From Lama guanicoe (taxonomy: Eukaryota): a stretch of DNA of 64,000 nucleotides. The notes under the pieces were generated by a model. The model was given only the letters and a program-made list of their open reading frames with translations. It searched no databases and was not told the DNA's origin. Below, piece by piece: positions 12,620-24,560 of this stretch. Both the position numbers and the translations under genes were made by a program. The first letter of the stretch is position 1. Every line of letters starts with the position of its first letter. The stretch lies in NCBI GenBank assembly GCA_013239625.1, contig MU053156.1, positions 62,467 through 126,466 of the forward strand. The letters are read 5' to 3'.

Positions 12620-14400
12620 TGTATCTATTTATTCAGATTTTAATTTTTTCACAATATTTTGTAGGTTTTTTTGTTTTTTACAGTTTTGTCAGAAATATCC
12701 CTAAGTATTTCATATTCTTAAAAACTTGTATTGAAGATATTTGACATGTAACAGCATGTAAATGTAAGGTGTATAATGTTACTCTGACGGATTCGTATAC
12801 TATACTCTGATTGCTGTTGTAGCAAGGGTTATCACATTACGTATTTTTGATGCTATTGTAAGTGGTACTGCTTTTTAAATTGCAACTTCCAGTTGTTTGT
12901 TGCTGGAGTGTAGAAATGCAGTCGTTCTACGTGCACTGACCTCATCCTGCCACTTAGCTGAGCTCATTTCTCTCAGTTTTCCGCTGTCATTGTTCCCAAA
13001 GAACGTTTCACGTGCAGACAGCACTGCTGCCTGCTTTCCAGGTGGGGCATCCTCTGCGTCTTCCTCTCGACCTTCTGTCCTGGCCGAGGTCTCTAGGAAA
13101 ATGTGGGACATAAATGGTGGGAAGGATCTCGTTGGCCTTTCCTTGATCTTAGGCAACCACAGGGTGTTTCACCATTCAGTGGGCCGGGAGCTGCTGCATT
13201 GCAGAGACACCCTGTATGTGGCTGAGGGTGTCCCATTTCCTAGTTTGCTGAGCTCTTATTGGTAATGGACGCTGAGTTTTGTCAAATCCTTTCTCTGTAT
13301 TTAGATGACCTTTTTTTTATTAATTTTTTTAGTATGATGAAATAAACTTACTAATTTTCAAATGTTAAACTAATCTTGCATTCTGGGGATAAACCCCTCC
13401 TGGTCATCATGTTTATTCTATTACTATATCCAGTTTATAAAAGTTGTGTTTAGGGTTTTTCTCTCTCTCTTCATGAGAGACACTGCTCTGTGGTTCTAGT
13501 AGTTTTTCTAGTCTGTTTTTTAATCAGGGTTATGTTGGCCTCATAAAATTAGTTGGGTGGGATTCACTCCTCTTAAATTCTGTGGAAGAATTTGTGTAGA
13601 ATTAGTGTATTTTTCCCTTAAATTTTGGTTGGATACACCATGAAGTCATCCTGGCCTGGAGCTTTCTTTGTGGGAAGGTTTTAAACTACAGAATCAATTT
13701 CATCATTAAATATAGGCCAATTCAGTTCATCTATTTCATCTTGTTTCAGATTTGGTAATTTGTGCCTTTTGAGGAATTTTTTTCCATGTCATATAAGTTG
13801 TTGAATCCTTGGCATGAAATTATTCATCACAGTCACTCATCATCTCAATATCTATAGAATCTGAGGTGACATCACCTCTCTTATCCCTGGCATTGTTAGT
13901 AAGTGTCTTCTGCCGTCTTCCTGGTCACCTGCTGGGTGACGATCCTCTCAGAAAACCAGCTTTTGGTTTTGTCAGGTCCTCTGTCGCTTTTGTAGCTCTG
14001 ATCCCTGCTCCGCTCTTTGTCATCTTTCCCGCTCACTCTGCCTTTTTACTCACCAGTTTCTTTAGGCAGAGGCTGTGTTCCTCAAGGTGAGGCTTTTAAA
14101 TTGTCCTTTAGTAATACTCCTTTAATAATGTAAATTTTCTTATACTCTTTCATCAACATTCCATGAGTTTTGATATGTTATGTTTTCACTTTTGTTCAGT
14201 TCAAAATACTGACGTTCCTTCTACGTTTCAGCCTGGAAGCCTCCAGGCATGGAGCTGGGGCAGTCGCGGGGCTCCGCTCTCACTCCCCGCCTCTCAGTCT
14301 CACTGTCCTTCACTGGCTGATGTCCAGGGCCTTTGAAACATTTTTTCATGTATATTGTCTGTTTTTGTGGTTTAAGCCTCTGGGTAAATCTACTTCCTAG
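12620..14400 (-). mobile_element. Degraded old L1 (L1M) fragments
   Basis: T-rich antisense ORF2-like sequence (catttcctagtttgctgag, ttggcctcataaaattagttgg, ttctgtggaagaatttgtgtagaatt). Boundaries approximate. Confidence 0.75.
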
Positions 14401-16029
14401 TACCCCACAGGGGTACTTATAGGGTCTTCATTGTTGTTTCATTAAAAAGTCAGCCAATTAATGGAATCAGTGAAACTTTTGTCCATTTAGGGCCTCATCA
14501 GGCACTCAGGGGAGGCAGAAGTATGGAGACTAATTCATCAAAGGAGGAAATTAAAACAGAACTAAATGACAAGCCAATCCCAGGGGCAGGTATATTAACA
14601 TTTCTGTGTGCTCCAAAAAGAGAAAACACTCATTTTGCAAATCATCTGCTTAAATGCCCAGCAAAAGAGCACTTTCAATGGACAGCAGGGGTCTAAGGAA
14701 CTTTCTTTCAGGAAGGAATTCACAAATAGGTGACTCTGTTGAGTCTGACAAAGGCTCAAACAAAACTTGGGACTTTGTTTAGCTGTTGGATCTGGACTGA
14801 CTTCTCATGGTTTAGTGGTTTATCTGTCATGGTTTAATGACTGCAAATTGGGTGTTCCAATGTCTTTCTTACCAACTATTTTCTCTGTCTTTGGACTGCG
14901 CACTTGACTCTGCAGAACTCCTTTTCCAAACGTTAATTTTTGTTCTATAAAATAAAAATAACTTTCAAAAATGTTAGGTCAAATATCCAAGTCACAAAAC
15001 TGTAGAGATTAAACTGGCAACAGTGCATCTTCACTCTAAATACAGATTTGTTTTGCCACTTAAATGATTTCACCTTTTCTGTAGGAAGCACGGGGCCTTG
15101 AATAAAAACACAGTGAAACATCTTATTTCCCTGAGGTTTCTGCCTGTATCTAGAATGTCTACTACTAAAATGCCATCCTTGATTAACCGTTGGCAGCATC
15201 TGGTGGCTAAAAATACACTTTTGTATGGGACTAAGGGAAGATAAGGAATCTATTTCTTGATAAGTATACAATTCTCCTGGGTTTGTGGGGAAAAGTACTT
15301 GAAATAAAAGGGTTTGACTAAATGACCTTTGGAGTTCCTGTCTAATCAGTCTTACTGCGGTCCTCCTTCAGAGGAAAGAACTTACCTACTAGATCCAAAA
15401 TGGCAAAATGCACGCACACACACACAAACACACCACATTTCCACGTACAATATGTATCTATGTGTACTTACACAGGAGGGGGTCACAGGAAGGACAGGTG
15501 GAGAGACAGAGAAGAGAGAGGAAAAAAGTGATGGCCAAACGTGTAAAAATGGTAAGCCCAAGAAAATCAGCAGGCAAAGTAAGCAGAGCCTTCCAGTAAA
15601 TCCCGCCCGAGATTTTCGCGTCTGTTCCACACGAATGGAACCAAGATCATCCCGGGGCCCCTTGCAGGTGAAAGCCACATACAATTGCAAAATGATGTTC
15701 CAACTTTAAAGCAAAAAGGCAGACCAAGGAAAAGAAACCACCTCTATAGAAATGGCTTCTCTTCTCTCATTGAGGAAACATCAAAAATTTTTAAATGGGC
15801 AAAAAAACAAATTGTGCGCCCTTAGATAATTAGAAAGGTCAGCTTCTCATGCTGGAGATGGGCAGATGCTGTTTGCGTAGGACTGAATCAACTCTGTGAA
15901 GTACAGTTCCACAAAATTACGATTTTACATATTCCTAACATTAGAATTAAAATCTCTGTGATGATTTAAATACACAGATGTAGCAGTTTTCTTTTATTGG
16001 TTAATTCTAATTATAATGGTACATACTTT

Positions 16030-16250
16030 TAAATAAGTGCCAGGTACCGTCCTCACTATTTCACATTCAGTATACACGTACTCACTGCAACCATATGGTG
16101 TAGGGACCATTATTATTCCCATTTTTACAGGCAAAAGTTTCCCAAGAGCACACAAGCCACTAAGGGTTTGGTGCTGGGATGTGAGCTCAGTCAGTCAATG
16201 TGGGTCAAGAGTCCCTGCCCTGAGCCAGGACACTGCTCCGCCATCTAAGT
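16030..16250. mobile_element. MIR SINE
   Basis: MIR core attattattcccatttttacagg. Confidence 0.6.
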
Positions 16251-17676
16251 GGGCTTTATAGTCACTGTATTCCTTAATCAATCAGTCTTACCCTAAAGAG
16301 TGGAAGGACAGCATGCTCAAGAAGAAAAAAGACAAAAGACAAAAGTTACTAAATCACAGCTCTTTAAGTTCTCTGCTATTTTTCAGCAAAACAAAATTTT
16401 GTTCATCTCTCAAGACTCTAACAGCAAAAGCCCAAGTGAATAATGGATCTTTGGTTTTTAACCAGAACATGTGGGGGTCATGTTCTTGTATCACAGACCA
16501 CCAACCACTCCTTTCTACTAGCAAACACTCTGCTACAGTGAGTGCATGCATTGCTCAGAATTCCAAAGGAGCGCTTTATTGCAAGGAGGTACTAACCACT
16601 ATAATCCTACAACACCTAGTAAACTTTAGTAAAGAGGACGGGGCTAGACCACAGGGAAACGGAGCCTAGCCTCAGCTTTGTGGTGTGGGGATGATTAACC
16701 TGTTCTCAGGAAGGACGACGGCATGAATGAGAAAACAGATGCACAGAGCATTTAAAATTCTTGGTAGCACCTTACCTAGTTAATCTATTGCTTTCTCTGT
16801 TTTCATTATGTCCAAATATAATTCCATGGGAGTTACTGTCAATCACATTCTCTTCAATTTCCACGAAAACCTACTGGCTCATTCTGAATGAATAAAATTG
16901 AGCTGCGGAATTATTATTTCTAGCTCTTTCACTGTGTGTCAGAGGAGTGGTTTCCTTTGAACAGTGGAACAGCTTACTCTAGGGCAACATGATTGCTCAA
17001 TCCACCTCCTTTCACAAAAGAGCTGGAGGATGGAGAACCTCTGGCCTCATAATGCTTTTCTAAACTTATGTACAAAAGAGTCCAAATACTCCCTCAAACA
17101 GGGCAGATCACATTCAGAATCCTGTAAGGTAGGCGCTGAGAACCCCCAGGGATCAGGCAGAAGGGGCTACAAGAGCAGCAGAGGGAAAAGGAGGGCCTGA
17201 GATGGAGAAAAGACAGCACGCAGGAGGCAGTGGAGAGGTGGGTGCGGCAGCGCCGTGGGGAAGGGCGTGGCGGCAGAGACACCTCCGCTCTGGCTGTTCA
17301 CTCTACTTTCCTATTTGTTTACTCACTGTTTGGGGGGGGAAGCAAATGCTGAGGACCTGCCTGGCCCACTGGGCCCCTTGAGGCCTCAGGGAGGAGAGTA
17401 CTTGTTTGTTCTCAGTTTGCTCTCTATTCTTTGGGGATTCAACCAGCTCCATCTCGGCTCCCAGAAGAGTGATGGTTTCCAAACGAACAACAAAGCTGAC
17501 ATCTACTCTGATTCTCCTCAAAAATTTGTCACCTTGGTTATGTGCTGCCTTTAATTGTTTCCCTTTTTATGACCTCAAGACAGACTTAAGGAATAGTGGG
17601 TTTCAGAAATTGAGCTGTCGTCCAATCTCTGCCGTAGTTCATCTATGATCTACAGCTCGGGATGGCCCAAACTCAC

Positions 17677-17798
17677 CTGTCATTGAGTGCTAGGCTCTCT
17701 GCACAAGTGACTAAGTTTAGTCCTCTGATGGACACATATGGCTGGCTGTCACAACTTCTTGGAATACTTTTCCCTTAGCTTCTGAGAAATGTATAAAC
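17677..17798 (-). other. Candidate non-coding (5'UTR/lncRNA) exon of the gene starting at the 35-kb CpG island
   Basis: Minus-strand ttttttttaaag acceptor and perfect CAG|GTGAGT donor; stops in all three frames. Confidence 0.35.
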
Positions 17799-18582
17799 CT
17801 TTAAAAAAAATTCTGTGTCTCTGCAAAGCCTTACAAACTAAATTTTTTTCTGCAAGCCACTGCCAATAGAAAAGGCATGCTATCTTTGCATACCAGAGCC
17901 ATAGGCACCATAAAAAAATAATTCTGCCCTGTCCAAATCCAGTAATGGATATCAATTACTTGGAAAACTGTTTGTAATTGAACTTACTGCTCTCTCTCTT
18001 CAAATGGGCTGTTTATAAGAGGAGTCAGATGATATCCTCTCAAGCTTCATAAAGAGAGTGGTTTTCGGGTGTCTTTAAGTGAGCTCACTTTCAAAACACT
18101 TTTGATTGCTTCCTAAGACTGGAAAATTGCATTACTAGCTTCTGGTCCAAAAGCAAAAATCTATCATTTTTAATAGTCAAGGTAAACAGTAATTATGGCA
18201 CGTTGTTTATTAACATGTCAAAGTAAGAACATAGCATTTTCACTTGGGAAAAAAAATCATGAAGTGAGCCCCGGTAGTACAAAATGAAATCTCTATTTTT
18301 CAAGGATATTTTCACTCAGAACACCCACAGAGCACAGCAATTTCTTACGTAATTCTCCTTAACACTGTTACTTTGGTGGCCACCATTTGAGTCTGGAAAA
18401 TTACAAAGAACTACACGGCTCAATGCACAGTTCCCTTGAGCAGTGACGTTGTGTTAATATCTCTAAATAGAATTTATATTAAAAAAACAATCTAATAAAT
18501 AAACGGAATTGACAGATAACACAGTAAAAAAAGATTATGAACAACCATCAGCATGATTATTCAGAAATTTCCCACATTCAGT

Positions 18583-18968
18583 AACGCCATTTGCAACAAC
18601 ATGGATGGACCAGGAGATTGTCACTCTAAGTGAAGTAACTTAGAAAGAGAAAGAAAAATGCCATGTAACACTTGTATGTGGAATCTAAAGACAAGGACAC
18701 AAGTGAACTTATTTATAAAACAGGACAGACTCACAGACATAAAGAACAAACTTATGGTTACCAGGGGGTAAAGGGGGAGGGAAGGGATGAATCGGGAATT
18801 TGTAATGGCACCTCTTGGGGAGTGATGGAAATGTTAACTGTCTTGATTGTGGTGGTGGTTTCATTGGTGTGTACATCTATCAAACTTCATCAAAACATAC
18901 ATTTGAAATATGTGAATATGTGTAGTTTACGGTACAGGAACCACACTACAATAAAGGTGTTAAAATTT
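18583..18968 (+). mobile_element. 5'-truncated L1-derived insertion with composite 3' part
   Basis: Perfect 15-bp TSD tttcccacattcagt (18568-18582 / 18969-18983); L1 3' sequence and aataaa. Confidence 0.8.
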
Positions 18969-20069
18969 TTTCCCACATTCAGTTACCAAGTCGAAGCCTT
19001 AGAAGACTTAACTGTTGTTGAAATCCTATGCAGCAGCCCCAGAAGGCTGACTTTGCAGCCAGTGGCCAAGACACTTGAAACATACGAGTCCCCCTGATGT
19101 CATCATTGTCAGATTTCATTAATAGAAGTTAAAAAATAGAAGCAAGACTGGAAAGACAGTGATAACTTTGAAGCCATCACTAGTTAATTTCTCAGTATAT
19201 AACAGCCCCCAAACTGAAGTCACAGTAAGAAAAAGACAAATGATCCTGAAGTCTGACCCTGAGCCATTCCACCTGTACAAGCCTGTCTCCTTGATCACAA
19301 AGTGAGACTAACAGGCCTGTTTTACGGCTCACAAGGTAATGATGAGGCTACAGCCACATAATGTATGTGAAAACTGGGTGTAAGAGTGACTATTATTATA
19401 ATATACCCTATATGTAGGGTTTGTGAGAGGTTATTTTTTTCCATCACTGTTCAGATGGATACAATACTTATAAATCACCTAAGGTGGTTTGTCTATTTTT
19501 CAGTAATTATAATTCTTCTCCCTTTCAAGTTTTCCACTTGGGTAAATGGAACATTGCACAGGTAGACATGACATTGGACTTTCAAAGTGTAAATATTTTT
19601 GCTCATTTTGCAACTTTAGCAGCATCATGTCACCATGTAGTCATCATCTGAAGTTAGCAGGAAAAGAAATGAAGCTGAGTTCTTGGTATACTGAGATGGG
19701 AAAAATGAAAAACAGAAAAAAAGAGTTTTGGAAAATGATCCTAATATTTTGAGAGGACAAGTACGTTAGTAAAATTGGTTTCCTTTCACGCAATGATTCT
19801 CCTAGATTTCTGGACTTTTTCAGAAAAGATCAGGCTACTGAGTGAGCTCACAAGTGCAAAACTGCTGGAACAGGACAGGGCAACCCCCCAGTGATGCGGG
19901 ACTTGGGATTGAAGAGGGTCTGTAGCAAGGTACTCTGTAAGTCTGACCAAGTGAGATCAAAATGTTCATTCCTTTGCTTGAATGTTTCAATTAAGGGCTG
20001 AAAGCTCATCCTTCCCTGACTCTTATTTTGTAAACTTTAGCCTTTCTGTTCATGAATTTGTCTCCTGTA

Positions 20070-20462
20070 CCATATAATACCACTCATACATAGAATCTAA
20101 AAAAGAAAAAAGAGAGACAGAGAGAGAGAGAAGAAAAAAGAAGACACTAATGCACTTCTCTACAAAACAGGAAGAGAATCAAAGACATAGGAAACAAACT
20201 TATGATTACTTGGGGAGAAAGGGGGTGGGAAGGGATAAATTGGGAGTTTGAGATTTGCAAATATTAACTACTATATATAAAATAGATAAAAACCCAAATT
20301 TATTCTGTAGAGCACAGGGAATGATATTCAATATCTTGTAGTCTATAATGAAAGAGAATATGAGAACAAACATATGTATGCATATCTATAACTGAAACAT
20401 TATGCTGTACACCAGAAACTGACACATTGTAACCTGACCACACTTCTATTGAAAGGAAAAAA
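20070..20462 (+). mobile_element. 5'-truncated L1 3' UTR
   Basis: Perfect 16-bp TSD gaatttgtctcctgta (20054-20069 / 20463-20478); same family as 6643-7245. Confidence 0.9.
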
Positions 20463-21359
20463 GAATTTGTCTCCTGTAAATGAAAGACACAAACGAACAG
20501 CCACGCGCGTTCCACCGCCGCCCCTGCTCAGGCCCATCCGCTCTGAGGGCGAGGAGCCCACCGGCACGCTGGCCCGCGCTACGCGGGCAGAGCTGCCAGC
20601 CCTCCAGGGGTGGGGGGGCAGCGTGGTGGGAGCGAGCTTCCCGCGAGGAGCCCTTCCACCCAGCCTACGTATGGGTCTGTCTGCACTTGACCACACTTGC
20701 TGGCTCTCCTTTGTCATAAAACAAATGCTCCAAGCATGAATAAAGAGAGGACAGAGCGGCACTAGCATTCCCGGCCTCAGTGAACACAGACCACACGCAA
20801 AACTTCCTGTGGAAAATGGCTCATGGTAACAGGAAGCTGCACATGAAAGAGGAAGGAAAATCATCCATTGTAGGTTTCCGGTGCGAGAAGTAAGGAGGGA
20901 TAATAGCCCGAAGGTCGCAGAGTGGGCATTTTTATCGTAGCGTGTTAAATGTCCATTCCCCTCCCTCTGACAGTTCTGCACAGATCTGGGGGAGACAGGA
21001 AGTGTGCCCGGACAGTTCCCTGTCTGTGGGGCACCCATGACCTGATGTAAAGCGCTCTCTTTATCATCCTCCCTCAATCTAAGTCTGAAAGCGCTGGAGC
21101 AAAGGCCGGGAGGCGCAGCCTCGTGGCTTCAGAGTAGAGGGGTAATACTGAAGTGTTTTAATGACTAATGGTCCTAGGAATGGCTGTGTTCTTTATAAAT
21201 ATTAAAAGAGTAGTAACAAAAGGCAAACAAGATCATGAATAAAATGACTGACAGAGATCAAGACTTGTGTCACCTAAATTTACAGGAATTCCATGTATGT
21301 CTGAGGGGCAAGAATCAAAAGCATTGCTACAGAGAACCCAGAAGGGTAACAACCACTAA

Positions 21360-22260
21360 TTCATTCATTCATTCATTCAACACATACTCAGTGGGCACTG
21401 ACTATGTGCCAAGGGTAAAGGATACAAAGGTGAATAAGAAACAGAATCCCCTCCTTCACAGAGCTTGCATTTTAGCAAGGGAGAGAGAGCTAATAACAAA
21501 CAAACAAATGTATGCTACAGTGTTAGGTAGTCATCAAGACTATGAAGAAAAGCAGGAAAAAGGGACAGAGAGTGATGGGGGCGCTGTTTTATATAGAAAG
21601 GGTGGAGAAGGCCTATTGAGAATGATATCTGAACAGAGACCTGTGTGAAGTAAGAGACTGAGCCATGGGAAACTCAAGGGGAAGAGTGGTCCAGGTAGGG
21701 GAAAGAGCACATGCAAAGGCCCTGACGCAGGTAAAAGCTTGGATCATTTAGGGAACAGTAGTGCAGCAGAAGGAAGGAGGACAAGGAAGAGTCACACGAC
21801 ATGAAGTTGGAAAGACAGACTAAGCGGATCATGTAGAACTTGTGGGTAAAACTTGGTAAGGACAAGGATTTTCAACTTAAATGTGATAAGAAGTGACTGA
21901 CGGTTTTAGGCTGATGGATGAACATCGCTGATTTGCACTTTTATCTGATTATTCTGGCTTCATCTCTGAAGAACCAGCCATTGAAAGCAGTAGTAGAACA
22001 CGGAGTGTAACCAGCCAGCTACTAAAATAATATAGAGAAAAAGTAATGGTGACTTGCATCGAATGGCTCTTGGTGGAGCAAGTGAGAAGTGGTTAGATTG
22101 GGATATATTTGAGAACTGACTGCTGGATTGATTGTGAGTGTTTGGGGGAAATGGGAAATAAAAATAACACCTAGATCTGGGCATGAGTGATTGGCCAGCT
22201 GCGGGGGACAGAGTGAGGAAAGCTGGCAAAGGAGCACAGATCAGGGAAAAGAGTGTATCA
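21360..22260 (-). mobile_element. L2 LINE remnant (host of the OTUB1 retrocopy)
   Basis: (tcat)n terminus followed by caacacatactcagtgggcactgactatgtgcca, the typical L2 3' end in reverse. Confidence 0.7.
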
Positions 22261-22279
22261 GAAGTTCTGTTTGAAGTAC

Positions 22280-23286
22280 GGTGCTGTTTAAAGATGGCGG
22301 TGGAGGAACCTCAGCAGCAGAAGCAGGAGCAGCTGGGCAGCGACTCCGAAGGTGTTAACTGTCTTGCCTACGATGAAGCCATCATGGCTCAGCAGGACTG
22401 AATTCAGCAAGAGATTGCTGTGCAGAACCCTCTGGTCTCGGAGCGGCTGGAGCTCTCTGTCCTATACAAAGAGTATGCTGAGGATGACGTCTACCAACAG
22501 AAGATCAAGGACCTCCACAAAAAGTACTCGTACATCCGCAAGACCAGGCCTGATGAGAACTGCTTCTATCGAGCTTTTGGATTCTCCCACTTGGAGGCAT
22601 TGCTGGATGACAGCAAGGAATCGCAGCGGTTCAAGGCTGTGTCTGCCAAGAGCAAAGAGGACCTGGTGTCCCAGGGCTTCACTGAGTTCACAATTGAAGA
22701 TCTTCATAACACATTCCTGGACCTGATCGAGCAGGTGGAGAAGCAGACGTCAGTGGCCGACCTGCTGGCCTCCTTCAATGACCAGAGCACCTCGGACTAC
22801 CTGGCGGTGTACCTGCGGCTGCTCACCTCGGGCTACCTGCAGCGTGAGAGCAAGTTCTTCGAGCACTTCATCGAGGGTGGGCGGACCGTCAAGGAGTTCT
22901 GCCATCAGGAGGTGGAGCCCATGTGTAAGGAGAGCGACCACATCCACATCATCGCGCTGGCCCAGGCGCTAATTAAGCGTCTCCATCCAGGTGGAGTACA
23001 TGGACCGCGGCGAGGGTGGCACCACCAACCCCCACATCTTCCCCAAGGGCTCTGAGCCCAAGGTCTACCTTCTCTACCAGCCTGGACACTACGATATCCT
23101 CTACAAATAGGGCTGGCCCCAGCCTGCCACTGCCCTGCCCGCCCTCCCCTCTGCCAGGCGCTAGACATGTACAGAGGTTTTTTTGTGGTTGTAAATGGTC
23201 ATACTTCACGCCCCACCCCTTCCCTGTCACACGACCTCGACCTTCCACATTTTATTAAAGGGGACGCTGGTGGTGAAAAAAAAAAA
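22280..23286 (+). pseudogene. OTUB1: OTUB1 (ubiquitin thioesterase) processed pseudogene
   Basis: Intronless full CDS from ATG 22294 (MAVEEPQQQKQ) to TAG 23108-23110 (PGHYDILYK*). Premature TGA at 22399-22401 (codon 36, R), loss of one codon (EDD-VY), 4-bp insertion frameshift ~22972. ATTAAA 23254-23259, poly(A) from 23276, TSD agttctgtttgaa(g/a)tac (22263-22279 / 23295-23311). Confidence 0.97.
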
Positions 23287-24044
23287 GAAGAAGTAGTTCT
23301 GTTTGAAATACTGAGTCAGCTGTTGTACATAAAAGTCTATGGTTCAGACTTTTGTCATCCAAACATACAGGCAGACTACTAAGTTCTCATCTGTCACATA
23401 GTGACTACTCAATAAGTAATGGTTTTATTTTGTTGCTGTTGCTGCCAAGCTGACACCATCTTTTGTGTCTGAGATGTTACTGTAGGAAAATGTCGGATGA
23501 ATTGGAATAGGCGGACTCAGGACAGATTATGCCCTAGTTCTGAAACAGAGAGATGATCTGAGTGAAGTTATTAAATGTTCACAAGCAATAGTTATCTAGA
23601 AAGGAGACCTTAAGGGAATAGCGCTGGTCACTCCAGGGGTCCTTTGCTGTAGCCCAGAGCAACAGTCCTCAAATTCCAGCCTCCCCAGGGGAGCTTTAAA
23701 AGAAGATTCACTTCAGATCTCTTGCCTCAGAATCTTCAAGGATTGAGTCCCAGAATATATAACTTAAAAGTGTTCCCTGGGTAACTCCAGGTTTGAAACC
23801 ACTGCCCAAGGACACAACCTTCTAAGCCCTCTAAGACATAAACTGTTTGCCAATACTGGCTGTTAAAAGAGCAGGATGGAAAGTACAGCATGGGTGTCTT
23901 TATCTACAGTGGGCACATAAAGCCCGTTGCTTAAACACATCAAAAATACCTATGAAAAAGAAGCTTGCTTTTCAGATCAGATTAGCCAGTGAGAGGCAGG
24001 AATGCTGCTGCAACTCAAAGGAAATTTAAGACACCAATTGCTTT

Positions 24045-24560
24045 TGGATAAAGAAGTGTGATATCTACATACAATGGAATACTACTCAGCCATGAAAAGA
24101 ATAAAATAATGTCATTTGCAGCAACACGGATGGACCTGGAGATCACCATACTAAGCGAAGTAAGCCAGAAAGAGAAAGAAAAATACCATATGAGATCACT
24201 CATATGTGGAATCTAAAAAAAGACACAAATGAAATCATTCACAAAACAGACTCACAGACATAGAAAACAAACTTATGGGCTTATGGTTACCAGGAGGGAA
24301 AGGGGAGAGGTGGAGAGATAAATTGGGAGTTCAGGATTTGCAGATACACGCTACTACACATGAAACAGGTAAACAACAAGGTCCTATTATATAGCACAGG
24401 GAGCTATATTCAATAGCTTGTCATAGCCTATAATGAAAAAAGAGTATGGAAAGGAAGTATACATACATTTGTGTAACTGAAGCATTGTGCTGTACATCAG
24501 AAATTAACACAACATTGTAAACTGACTACACTTTACTTTAAAAAGTTAATTTTAAAAAAT
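24045..24560 (+). mobile_element. 5'-truncated L1 3' end
   Basis: acaatggaatactactcagcc...gcaacacggatggacctggag; same 3' UTR family as 6643-7245. Confidence 0.88.

Noticed and set aside
22420..23055. 211-aa OTUB1-like ORF as a functional retrogene
   Set aside because: Starts at GTG downstream of a premature stop and frameshifts before the catalytic His region.
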